Below are positions 16,533 through 25,510 of a stretch of DNA of 64,000 nt, piece by piece. How positions within the stretch are numbered: position 1 is the first letter of the stretch; each line of letters opens with the position of its first letter. Both the position numbers and the translations under genes were made by a program. The notes below the pieces were generated by a model. It did not search any database, was not told the DNA's origin, and was given only the letters and a program-made list of their open reading frames with translations. This DNA is from Dehalococcoidia bacterium (lineage in GTDB: Bacteria > Chloroflexota > Dehalococcoidia > Lucifugimonadales > CATOSD01): assembly GCA_965203135.1 (NCBI GenBank), contig CBDBBO010000003.1, positions 266 through 64,265 on the forward strand, read 5' to 3'.

Positions 16533-18899
16533 GTGCCTTCAGACCAACAGGACCGGGAGATCGATGCCCTGCGGGACCGGCTCTCGCGCCTGAGCGAGGC
16601 CAGCCTCCGCATCAACGAGAACCTGGACTTCGACGACCTGCTCCAGGGCGTGGTGGACGGCGCCCGCTCCCTCACCGGCGCCCGCTACGGCGCCCTGACC
16701 GTCTTCGGCGACGAGGGGGAGCTTCCCCACTTCATCGTCTCGGGGATGACCCCCCAGGAGCACCAGGGCTTCTGGGACATGCACGAAGGCATGCGGTTCT
16801 TCGAGTACGTGTCGGGCCAGGAGACGCCCCTGCGGGTGGCCGACTTCGGCGCTCACCTGGAGGCCCTGGGGATGCCCGACTTCCGTCCCCCCGTGCCCGT
16901 CACCTCGTTGCTGATTGCGCCCATCCGCCACCGGGGCGTGGCGACCGGCTCCATCTACCTGAGCGGGGGCGAGGAGGGCGGCGAGTTCACCCGGGAGGAC
17001 GAGGACTCCGTGGTGATGTTCGCCTCCCAGGCGGCGCTGGTCATCGCCAACGCCCGAACCCACCGGGAGGAGCGGCAGGCCCGGGCCGACCTGGAGACGC
17101 TGGTGAACACCTCGCCGGTGGGCGTGGTGGTCTTCGACGCCCATACCGGGCGTATGGCGTCCTTCAACCGGGAGGCGCTGCGCATCGTGGACGGCCTGCG
17201 GGACGACGACCAACCGCCGGAGGCCCTGCTGGAGGTGCTGACATGGGTGCGTTCCGACGGCCGGGAGGCCTCCCTGCGGGAGCTGCCGGCGGCCGAGGCT
17301 CTGAGGGCCGGGGAGACGGTGCGGGCCGAGGAGATCGTGCTGCGGGTCCCTGACGGGCGCAGCGTCAGCGTCCTGCTCAACGCCTCCCCCATCCACTCGG
17401 AGGACGGTCGGCTGGCGTCCTTCATCGTCACCCTGCAGGACATGACGCCCCTGGAGGAGCAGGAGCGGCTGCGGGCAGAGTTCCTGGCCATGGTGAGCCA
17501 CGAGCTGAGGACGCCCCTGGCGGCGGTCAAGGGCTCGATCACCACGCTGCTGGAGGGGGTGGGGGAGCTGGACCCCGCCGAGACGACCCAGTTCCACCGC
17601 ATCATCCGCGACCAGTCGGACCAGATGCGCTCTCTCATCGGCGACCTGCTGGACGTGGCCCGCATCGAGACGGGTTCCCTCCCGGTTGACCCCGAGCCCG
17701 CCAACCTGCGCTCGCTGGTGGATGAGGCAAGCAGCAGGTTGGTGGCCGGAGGCGCGGGGAACGCCCTGGAAGTGGAGCTGGCGGCGGACCTGCCGATGGT
17801 GCTGGCCGACCGGCTGCGCATCGTCCAGGTGCTGGGCAACCTGCTCTCCAACGCAGCCGGGTACTCCCCCGACGGGTCGCCCATCCTGGTGACCGCAGTG
17901 CGGGATGGCGTGCACGTCGCCGTCTCCGTCGCCGACCAGGGCCGGGGCATACCGGCGGAGCTTCTGCCGGGGCTGTTCCGCAAGTTCTCGCGGGCGTCGG
18001 GTGTCGACGGGTCGGGCCTGGGACTCGCGATCTGCAAGGGCATCGTGGAGGCCCACGGGGGCCGCATCTGGGCCGAGAGCGACGGCCCGGGCCTGGGGGC
18101 GCGGTTCACCTTCACCCTGCCGGCGGTGGAGGGCGCGACCTCCGCCCCCGCTCCTGCCTCTCCCGGCGCCCGTCCCGCAGCACGGGTCCGCGTCCTGGCC
18201 GTGGACGACGACCCCCAGGACCTGCGGTACGTCCGAGACGTCCTCGCCAGGGCGGGGTACGCGCCCATCGCCACCGGCGACCCCGCCGACGTGCCCCGCC
18301 TCCTATCAGAGGAGAAGCCCCACCTCGTCCTGCTGGACCTGGTGCTGCCGGGGAGCGACGGTATCGAGCTGATGAACCACATCCGCAAGTCGGCGGACGT
18401 GCCGGTCATATTCCTGTCGATGTACGGCCAGGACGAGACGGTCGCCAGGGCTCTGGACATGGGGGCGGTGGATTACCTGGTCAAGCCCTTCTCGCCGACG
18501 GAGCTTGCGGCGCGGATCAGGGCGGCGCTCAGGAAGCGGCTGGACCCCTTCCAGGCCGAGCCGTCGGGACCCTACGCGGTTGGAGGACTGGGCATCGACT
18601 ACGCGCTGCGCCGGGTGACGGTGGACGGAGAGCCGGTGGAGCTTACGGCCACGGAGTACGCGGTGCTCTACGAGCTTACGGTCCACGCCCCCAGGGTGCT
18701 GACCCACGGCGTGCTGCTCCAGCGGGTCTGGGGTCCGGAGCGCGTGGGCGACGCGTGGCTGGTGCGGGACGTGGTGAGGCGGCTGCGCCGCAAGCTGGGC
18801 GACGATGCGGACAGCCCCACGTACATCATCACCGAGCCCCGCGTCGGCTACCGGACGGCGGTGGGGGAGGCGGGGTCACAGAATCTGAAAGGTTCTTGA
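16533..18899 (+). CDS. Soluble GAF-PAS histidine kinase fused to a receiver and an OmpR-type winged-helix DNA-binding domain
   Basis: No TM segment. GAF-like N-terminus and a PAS-like region. H-box VSHELRTPL. NLLSNAAGYSP, DQGRGIP, GSGLGLAICKGIVEAHGG. Linker APAPASPGARP. REC domain RVLAVDDDPQ..LVLLDLVLPGSDG..DYLVKPFSPTEL. wHTH LTATEYAVLYEL..VRRLRRKLGDD..ITEPRVGYR. Confidence 0.85.
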   Translation: MPSDQQDREIDALRDRLSRLSEASLRINENLDFDDLLQGVVDGARSLTGARYGALTVFGDEGELPHFIVSGMTPQEHQGFWDMHEGMRFFEYVSGQETPLRVADFGAHLEALGMPDFRPPVPVTSLLIAPIRHRGVATGSIYLSGGEEGGEFTREDEDSVVMFASQAALVIANARTHREERQARADLETLVNTSPVGVVVFDAHTGRMASFNREALRIVDGLRDDDQPPEALLEVLTWVRSDGREASLRELPAAEALRAGETVRAEEIVLRVPDGRSVSVLLNASPIHSEDGRLASFIVTLQDMTPLEEQERLRAEFLAMVSHELRTPLAAVKGSITTLLEGVGELDPAETTQFHRIIRDQSDQMRSLIGDLLDVARIETGSLPVDPEPANLRSLVDEASSRLVAGGAGNALEVELAADLPMVLADRLRIVQVLGNLLSNAAGYSPDGSPILVTAVRDGVHVAVSVADQGRGIPAELLPGLFRKFSRASGVDGSGLGLAICKGIVEAHGGRIWAESDGPGLGARFTFTLPAVEGATSAPAPASPGARPAARVRVLAVDDDPQDLRYVRDVLARAGYAPIATGDPADVPRLLSEEKPHLVLLDLVLPGSDGIELMNHIRKSADVPVIFLSMYGQDETVARALDMGAVDYLVKPFSPTELAARIRAALRKRLDPFQAEPSGPYAVGGLGIDYALRRVTVDGEPVELTATEYAVLYELTVHAPRVLTHGVLLQRVWGPERVGDAWLVRDVVRRLRRKLGDDADSPTYIITEPRVGYRTAVGEAGSQNLKGS
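18767..18854 (+). repeat. Left arm of an 88-bp inverted repeat (inside the 3' end of the kinase-regulator gene)
   Basis: Its reverse complement recurs at 19043-19130 with one mismatch (gagccc/gaaccc). Confidence 0.9.
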
Positions 18900-19021
18900 T
18901 TTTATCAAGCCTGGTGGAGCTGGGGGGGACGGTAGATGGCGCCGTCTTCGAGATGTGGTTGGGTAGCGTGTTCATACAGGCTGGAGAGTAGCGCCAGCGC
19001 ACCCGAACCAACGTCTCCGCT

Positions 19022-19297
19022 TCAAGACTCTTTCTTGAGCATCCGGTAGCCGACGCGGGGTTCGGTGATGATGTACGTGGGGCTGTCCGCATCGTCGCCC
19101 AGCTTGCGGCGCAGCCGCCTCACCACGTCCAACGTCGCCTCGGTGTGCCCCGAATGTCTCCCCGCGAACCCCACCAACTCCGCATTGACTCTCCCAAGCC
19201 CCCTCAGCGCGTCGTTGGCCGCCGGTATGAACGCACCCTCAGGCCACCTCCCGGCCTCCTCGGCCTCGTCGTGGAAACTGCCCAGATACCTGAACAC
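19022..19297 (-). pseudogene. 3' remnant of a paralogous OmpR-type winged-helix regulator gene
   Basis: The C-terminal 29 codons (DVVRRLRRKLGDDADSPTYIITEPRVGYR) are nearly nt-identical to 18767-18854. There is no receiver domain. An IS element begins ~60 nt upstream. Confidence 0.55.
19043..19130 (-). repeat. Right arm of the 88-bp inverted repeat
   Basis: See 18767-18854. The arms are separated by 188 bp. Confidence 0.9.
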
Positions 19298-19357
19298 CGC
19301 CGATGGCGACGGCGCCGCTTGTAACTAGGCGGTGGATCTGGGGCCATCCCTCCGTGC

Positions 19358-20656
19358 GACCTCAAAATCAATGGTTACCGAACGAGAGTTGTGACCTCAA
19401 AATTACGGTTACCGGCGGTGTTCCAGTTTAGGGGGTCTCCACGCCTCCACGCCAGGCCTTGCAGCTTCTCGATCTCTGAGTCGATCTGACGGCTCAGCCA
19501 CAGCGGGTTGAGCGACGCGTACAGCTTCTCGAACACCACCCGCCGAGCACCCACAAGCGCCCCACTCCCGAGCATCCGCCGGTACGGGGTCATACCCTCG
19601 TCGTGCATACGCACCACCCGATCACCCTGTCGACTCTTCCCAATGAGCCGACGCACCGGCTGGAAGAAGTTCGCCTGCAGCCGCGCCAGCGAGTACACCT
19701 GTTGCATCTGCCTGAAGGCCGCGGACGTAGAGTACCGGCTGTGTCCGGTCAGCCGACGCACCACCGCGCCGTTCTTCTGCTCGACGTGCGCGCTGTCGTT
19801 CTTGCGGTACGGCCTGCTCCTTGTGAACGTGATGCCGTTGTTCTCGCAGTAGGCGTACAGACCGCGGTTGATGAACTCAGAGCCGTTGTCCGAGTCCAGC
19901 CCCAGCAGAGGCACCGGCAACCGTCTCCGCATCCTGCGTATCGCAGCACCCACACGCTCCTGCGTCTTGCCCCACACAACGTCCATGTCCACCCATCCCG
20001 TAGCTACGTCCACCGCGGTCACGGTCCACAGGTAGAACCCCTCGGTAGTCGTTCCGCAGTGCGCAACCGTGTCCACCTCCACGAAGCCGGGCCGGGCGTC
20101 GTCCCACTCCCAGTAGGTCCGCACCGGGATGCGGTTCCGAAGCAGAGTCCCTGCCTTGGTAAGGCTGGTCGCTCTCTTCCTCACCGGCGCCTGGTGCGCA
20201 GCCAGCAACCGCTCAAGCGTCGCCGCGCTTGCCCGCCCGAGCCTGGTCTCAATCCAACAGTCCAACTCCAGTTCGCCGAACTCGGCCAGCCGCGACGCCA
20301 GCTCCCCCACGAACGGGTGCAGCCTTCTGGCGCCTATCCCGCCCGCCGCCTCGTGCACCACCCGGACCGCCTCGGCCACCTCCGGACCGTACTCGACCGG
20401 TCTGCCCACGCGCCCTCCCTTACGTTCTCGCCTCCGACCCGACAGGGCTCGTATCGCCGACTTCCTGTGATAGCCGGTCACGGCTTCCACCTCGTCCAGT
20501 ATCTTCCCCTTCTCCTTCTTACCCGCCTTCAGGTACCTCTCCATCTGCCGCTCCAGGTACTCTCGGACGCTCTTTTGGTTCACGGTTACCTCCAGCTTTT
20601 GGGTAACCGTAATTTTGAGGTACATTCTCCACTTCGGTAACCATAATTTTGATGTC
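19358..20656 (-). mobile_element. ~1.3-kb IS element with an rve/DDE transposase (family uncertain, IS481- or ISNCY-like)
   Basis: Each end carries two copies of a ~20-nt motif in inverted orientation. Left end: gacctcaaaatcaatggttacc (19358) and gacctcaaaattacggttacc (19393). Right end: ggtaaccgtaattttgaggt (20602) and ggtaaccataattttgatgtc (20636). Confidence 0.7.
19375..20625 (-). CDS. DDE (integrase-core, rve) transposase
   Basis: N-terminal HTH region. Catalytic candidates FVEVDTVAH, LGLDSDNGSEF, SAHVEQKNG. The start is uncertain (20658, 20625 or 20583). Confidence 0.8.
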   Translation of the reverse strand: MYLKITVTQKLEVTVNQKSVREYLERQMERYLKAGKKEKGKILDEVEAVTGYHRKSAIRALSGRRRERKGGRVGRPVEYGPEVAEAVRVVHEAAGGIGARRLHPFVGELASRLAEFGELELDCWIETRLGRASAATLERLLAAHQAPVRKRATSLTKAGTLLRNRIPVRTYWEWDDARPGFVEVDTVAHCGTTTEGFYLWTVTAVDVATGWVDMDVVWGKTQERVGAAIRRMRRRLPVPLLGLDSDNGSEFINRGLYAYCENNGITFTRSRPYRKNDSAHVEQKNGAVVRRLTGHSRYSTSAAFRQMQQVYSLARLQANFFQPVRRLIGKSRQGDRVVRMHDEGMTPYRRMLGSGALVGARRVVFEKLYASLNPLWLSRQIDSEIEKLQGLAWRRGDPLNWNTAGNRNFEVTTLVR

Positions 20657-20793
20657 ATGCGCCCCCTTGAAGTCTCCGCACACCCGTGCTATCCTCCGTT
20701 CTGCAATGGACTGACCCTGCGACTGGCGACCTCGGACACCGGGATTGGGACCTCTCGTCGGACTGTTCTATTTCTGTCGATTTTGCGGCTTTA

Positions 20794-21607
20794 CTAGGTA
20801 GTGTTGACATTTCATCTTAGCCATATGAGAGCGCCTGTGAAATGGAGGAACCCGAGGTACCTGTTCGCCAGTTTATCGAATCGGGAGAAGATGCGGCGGA
20901 AGTGCTTGATCTTACCGATGAAACACTCGACAAGATGACGCTCTCGGTACAGGTACTCATCGTATGAGTGCGGCGCCCTTCTGTTGGAGCGAGACGGAAT
21001 CACCGGGACAGCCCCATTGTCGACGACCAACTCGCGAACGTGATCGGCGTCGTATGCCCGGTCGGCTATCACATGCTCACTCTCGGTACCGGATATGAGT
21101 TCGGCAGCTTGAGTCACATCGTGCTCTTGTCCTGCGGTCAGCGTAAATCTCAAGGGATTGCCCAGACCATCGACACTCACGTGGACCTTTGTAGAGAACC
21201 CGCCCCGACTTCGACCGAGGGCTTGGGACGCTTGCCCACCGTTTTTTTGGGTGCGCCAGCGGCAGAATGATGGGCCCGCACTACGGTGCTGTCGATGATG
21301 AGGTTCTCCATGTCGGGGTCATCGACAAAATACTGATGCATACGTTCCCATATCCCATGATCGCACCATCGGGCGAACCGTTTGTAGATGCTGTTCCAAT
21401 TGCCATATTCGGCTGGGAGCATCCTCCACTGCGCACCAGTCCGAGCAATCCACAAGACGGCCTCGATGAAACGCTTGCAATCGGCTTCCTTTCCGACGTA
21501 CAAATCGGGCTGGCTACGAAGAAACTCCAGCACCTTTGGCCACTGTTCGGGAGATAGTGTGACTGTTGACATATACCTAGTATAATGCAAATGTCAACAC
21601 TACCTAG
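20794..21607 (-). mobile_element. IS5-family (IS427/IS1031-group-like) insertion sequence, ~0.8 kb
   Basis: 19-nt perfect terminal inverted repeats: ctaggtagtgttgacattt (20794) and aaatgtcaacactacctag (21589). CTAG is present at both extremities. Confidence 0.85.
20812..21572 (-). CDS. IS5-family transposase OrfAB, made by programmed -1 frameshift
   Basis: OrfA reads ..AVLWIARTGAQWRMLP..YKRFARW... An A7 slippery run (plus-strand t7 at 21242-21248) is present. The -1 frame reads KKNGGQASQALGRSRGGFSTKVHVSVDGLGNP..ADRAYD..RHLVECFIGKIKHFRRI. Confidence 0.85.
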
Positions 21608-21731
21608 CCCAATCCATGCTTATCAGCGCCTCCAGCCGGAGCGCCCGGCGAGCTTCCCAGCTATGAGGTGGAACGGAACGCAACGAAATGCAACGAAATG
21701 CAACGAAGTTTCCGCCTGGGAGGAGAAGACG

Positions 21732-22619
21732 ATGGCCGATCCCATACTTGTAGATGCCCACATGCACATAACCGAGTCCAGGGAGAAGGGCCGGGTCCGA
21801 AAGCAGACCTACGAGATCTGGGAGTACGGCGAGAAGTCCGACGTGAAGTACAGCGCCTACGACGGGATCGTCGAGGACGCGCTGGACGCCATGAACGAGG
21901 CCGGATTCTCCAAGGCCGTGGTGGTGAACCTGTTCGGCTCGGGCAGTCCGGCCTTCGAGAGGGGCCCGGCTCTTGCCGACGAGCTGAGGGCATTCAACAG
22001 GTGGGGATGCGACACCGCGGCCCCTCACGACAGCCTCGTCCCGTACATCAACGTCGACCCTCACATCTTTTCGGGCGATGAAATGTCTGCCCACATTCTC
22101 GACATGGTGGAGAATCACGGCGCCGGAGGCGTGAAGCTGCATCCGGTGCTCCAGCGCTTCGAGCTGGGCGACCCGAGGATGACTCCGGCCTACCGAACGT
22201 GCATCGAGCTTGGGATACCCGTCCTGTCCCACTCAGGCCCGGCCAGGGACGGAAGCGCTTTCGGCACGCCAAAGGCGTTCGCTCCGCTGCTGGAGAACTT
22301 CCCGGACCTGACAGTGGTCATCGCACATCTCGGCGGTGGAGCCTGGACGGAGGCGCTGGAAGTTGCGCGGGTGTTCCCGCACGCCGCTTTCGATTGCTGC
22401 GAGATCATGGAATGGCTGGGAGGCTCCAGCGCCCCGACCTATGAGCAGCTAGGCAGGCTCATAAAGGACATAGGGCCCGAGCGGGTGGTCATGGGGTCGG
22501 ACTTCCCCTGGTACGACCTCGACCGCAGCGTCGAGATCGTAATGGGGCTGCCGCACCTGGCGCGCGAGGAAAAGGAGGCTATGCTGGGAGAAAACGCGAT
22601 CAGGATCATGGGCCTGTAG
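21732..22619 (+). CDS. Amidohydrolase-2 (TIM-barrel metal hydrolase/decarboxylase) family protein
   Basis: GGGAGGAG RBS. ILVDAHMHI, GVKLHP, VLSHSG, IAHLGGG, MGSDFPW. The ORF-track start 21585 lies inside the IS5 inverted repeat and was rejected. Confidence 0.75.
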   Translation: MADPILVDAHMHITESREKGRVRKQTYEIWEYGEKSDVKYSAYDGIVEDALDAMNEAGFSKAVVVNLFGSGSPAFERGPALADELRAFNRWGCDTAAPHDSLVPYINVDPHIFSGDEMSAHILDMVENHGAGGVKLHPVLQRFELGDPRMTPAYRTCIELGIPVLSHSGPARDGSAFGTPKAFAPLLENFPDLTVVIAHLGGGAWTEALEVARVFPHAAFDCCEIMEWLGGSSAPTYEQLGRLIKDIGPERVVMGSDFPWYDLDRSVEIVMGLPHLAREEKEAMLGENAIRIMGL

Positions 22620-22636
22620 GCGCTGAGGAGGATGCC

Positions 22637-23395
22637 ATGCCCGGAAAACTCGACGGCAAGGTGAGCATCGTAACCGGCGGCGGCTCCGGCATAGGCCGCG
22701 GCACGGCCCTGCTGTTCGCCGCTGAAGCCTCTAAGGTCGTCGTCGCCGACGTCGATGACCGGGGCGGCGAGGAGACCGTCGTGCTCATCGGCGAATCGGG
22801 CGGGGACGCCCTGTTCGTCCGCACCGACGTCTCGCAATCACCGCAGGTGCGCGACATGGTGCAGAAGACCATCGAACACTACGGAAGGCTCGACCTGCTC
22901 ATCAACGTCGCTGGCCGGCAGGCGGAGGTTCCTCACCTCATCGACGTTACCGAGGAGGAGTGGGACCTGGTCATGGACGTGAACCTGAAGGGAATCTTCC
23001 TGGCGTGCAAGTACGCTGTTCCCCACATGCTGGATCAGGGCGGCGGCGCCATAGTGAACGTCGCCTCGTCGGTGGTGCTGAGAGGGTCCTCGTTCTCGCT
23101 TCCCTACTCCGTCAGCAAGGCGGGCGTGGTGCAGCTCACCAAGACCGTCAGCAGCCAGTACGCATCCCGCGGCATCCGCTCAAACTGCGTGGTTCCCGGG
23201 CTTGTCGACACGCCGGGCTCGCAGGGTGTGGAGGGCGCGGCGGGGGTGTTCGACGAGGCGGTGGCCAGGATACCCGTGGGCCGGGCCGGTGTGCCTGAGG
23301 ACGTCGCCAGGCTCATTCTCTATCTCGCTTCGGATGATGCCGCCTACGTGAGCGGATCCGCTTACGTCATCGACGGCGGCAGGAACGTGCAATAG
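22637..23395 (+). CDS. Short-chain dehydrogenase/reductase (SDR)
   Basis: TGGGSGIGRG cofactor motif, NVAG, catalytic YSVSKAG, PGLVDTP. Confidence 0.9.
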   Translation: MPGKLDGKVSIVTGGGSGIGRGTALLFAAEASKVVVADVDDRGGEETVVLIGESGGDALFVRTDVSQSPQVRDMVQKTIEHYGRLDLLINVAGRQAEVPHLIDVTEEEWDLVMDVNLKGIFLACKYAVPHMLDQGGGAIVNVASSVVLRGSSFSLPYSVSKAGVVQLTKTVSSQYASRGIRSNCVVPGLVDTPGSQGVEGAAGVFDEAVARIPVGRAGVPEDVARLILYLASDDAAYVSGSAYVIDGGRNVQ

Positions 23396-23467
23396 TGGAG
23401 TAAGGTATACTGTACCTGTGTATCCATAACGGCGTGGAAACTACACACCTCGATAAGGCTGGGAGGG

Positions 23468-25495
23468 ATGAGCACCACCACTGACGACGTGACAAGCCGA
23501 ACGCTGAGTCTGCCGGAAGAACTCATTCTCATGCTTCTCAACGATGAGAACGGGTACTTCCACCAGGTGCCCGGCTGGAACCTGAACTGCGCCGTCGCGG
23601 GGGCAGTGTTGGCCGAGCTTTCGCTGCGAAACCGCATAGATACCGACGCCGAATCCCTGTTCCTGGTGGACTTGACTCGTACGGGCGACCCTGTTCTCGA
23701 CCCCTTCCTGGACGAAATCATCTCCGAGCCTGACGAGCGCAACGCCCAGTACTGGATCGAACGCCTGGCTCCGCGCTCCGAGTCGGTGATCGACGAGACC
23801 CTGGAGCGCATGGTCTCGCTGAACATCCTCGACGCGCACGACGGGGATTTCTGGACTGTTTCCAACAAGGCCGGGACCTCGGATATGTTCCAGACGACCG
23901 CGGGCGACGAGGAAGGCGGATTCGTCAGAAACCGCATCAGAAGCGCTATCTTCGAGGACCGCATACCGGACCCCAGGGACATCATACTGATATGCCTCAT
24001 CAACACGTGCGACGTCTTCCGCTTCATCTTTCAGCTTGACGAAGTGGCGGAGGAGAGAATCCGCTTCTATTGCAACATCGACCTGCTTGGCCGCTCGATG
24101 GCCGCCGCCGTGTCTGAGAGCCTGACCGTCCCGTTTTTGCGGTACTCGGTCCTGGCCAAGAAGATACCGAACGTCCCACTGCGCAAGCTGCTGCTCAACC
24201 ACAACCTGCGCGCCGGCAATATCCCGGCGCTGTTCGCGGACCTTACCGACGAGTACGGTCCGGTGTTTCGCGTCAAACCGCCGTTTTCTCCGGCCATGAC
24301 CTTCCTTGCGGGCCCAGAGACGAACCATTGGGTGAACCGCAACGGACGAATGTACCTGCGGGCCAAGGACTACTTTTCGGACTTCGAGCAGGTCTACGGC
24401 GCCCACGGAGTGCTGCCCTCCCTGGACGGCGGCGACCACTTCCGGCTTCGCAAGTCCCTGCAGGCGTCGTATTCGCGCGGCCGGCTACTTGCGCACCTGG
24501 AAGGGGTCTACAGCCAGGCCCGTGCGTTCATGGCCGACTGGCAGGTGGGGCATTCCTACCAGGCCACCACCTTGTGCCGGCTTATGATCAACGCGCAGAT
24601 TTCTCCTATCAAGATAGGCGTCGATTCGCAGGACCTCATCGACGACCTCATCAAGTACAAGGAACGCGCCCTCACCACGCACGTCATGAGGGCGCTCCCC
24701 AAGTTCATGCTGAAGACGCCCGGGATGCGAAGGCGGGCGAAGAAGATCGATACGCTGGTGGAACGGGTGCAGAGCGTCCACACGCCCGCCCAGCGCGCCG
24801 GGCAGCCCCGCGACCTCGCGGACGACCTGCTGAGCCTGCATGGCAGCGACCCTCAGCTGGTGCCGGAGTCGAACCTGCGCTTCGCGCTGTCGGCCGCGCT
24901 CGTCGCCAGCGTCTATCTCGGAGACGCCTTCAGCTTCGCCCTCTACGCCATGGCGTCGCAGCCCGAACTCTACGAGAAACTCCAGGCGGAGGCCGATGGC
25001 CTGTTCGGAGACGGCGACCCGGGGCGCGACGAATTTACGCTGGAGGCCATAGACGTTACGCACCGATTCCTGATGGAATGCCTGCGAGTGTACCCCATCG
25101 TACCCATGTCTATACGCAACGTCATGAATTCGTGCGTGGTGGAGGGCTACGAGCTGCCGGTTGGCGAACGGCTTTTCATAGCTCAGACCGCTACGCACTA
25201 CATGGCAGAGTGTTTCCCCGAACCGCTCAAATTCGACGTCGACCGCTACCAGCACCCGCGCAACGAGCATCGCGGCCCCGGTTACGCCCCCTACGGTCTG
25301 GGAACTCACAGGTGTCTCGGCTCGCGCTGGATGGACCTCCAACTGGCCGTTAACGTGCTGATGGTCGCCCACTACTTCGACATCAGGGTGTCGCCGAGCG
25401 ACTACAAGCTACGATACAGCCCCATACCCTCGCAGAAGCCGAACAAGAAGCTCAGGTTCCGCATTGCCGAACGGAGGCGCGAGATACCGGCCTGA
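23468..25495 (+). CDS. GPP34 (GOLPH3/VPS74-like) domain fused to a cytochrome P450
   Basis: N-terminal ~210 aa: LSLPEELILMLLNDENGYF..AVAGAVLAELSL..I (bacterial GPP34 pattern). C-terminal ~460 aa: EXXR (ECLR), haem loop YGLGTHRCLGSRW. The I-helix reads LVASVYLGDAFSF and lacks the usual AGx(D/E)T(T/S). Confidence 0.75.
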   Translation: MSTTTDDVTSRTLSLPEELILMLLNDENGYFHQVPGWNLNCAVAGAVLAELSLRNRIDTDAESLFLVDLTRTGDPVLDPFLDEIISEPDERNAQYWIERLAPRSESVIDETLERMVSLNILDAHDGDFWTVSNKAGTSDMFQTTAGDEEGGFVRNRIRSAIFEDRIPDPRDIILICLINTCDVFRFIFQLDEVAEERIRFYCNIDLLGRSMAAAVSESLTVPFLRYSVLAKKIPNVPLRKLLLNHNLRAGNIPALFADLTDEYGPVFRVKPPFSPAMTFLAGPETNHWVNRNGRMYLRAKDYFSDFEQVYGAHGVLPSLDGGDHFRLRKSLQASYSRGRLLAHLEGVYSQARAFMADWQVGHSYQATTLCRLMINAQISPIKIGVDSQDLIDDLIKYKERALTTHVMRALPKFMLKTPGMRRRAKKIDTLVERVQSVHTPAQRAGQPRDLADDLLSLHGSDPQLVPESNLRFALSAALVASVYLGDAFSFALYAMASQPELYEKLQAEADGLFGDGDPGRDEFTLEAIDVTHRFLMECLRVYPIVPMSIRNVMNSCVVEGYELPVGERLFIAQTATHYMAECFPEPLKFDVDRYQHPRNEHRGPGYAPYGLGTHRCLGSRWMDLQLAVNVLMVAHYFDIRVSPSDYKLRYSPIPSQKPNKKLRFRIAERRREIPA

Positions 25496-25510
25496 CCCGC
25501 AAGCCGGAGT

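Noticed and set aside
16539-18460. 505-aa and 501-aa minus-strand ORFs covering the kinase-regulator gene
   Set aside because: Both are compositionally biased shadows (one Arg/Gly/His-rich, one Ser/Arg/Thr-rich) with no motifs. The plus-strand frame carries all the kinase and receiver signatures.
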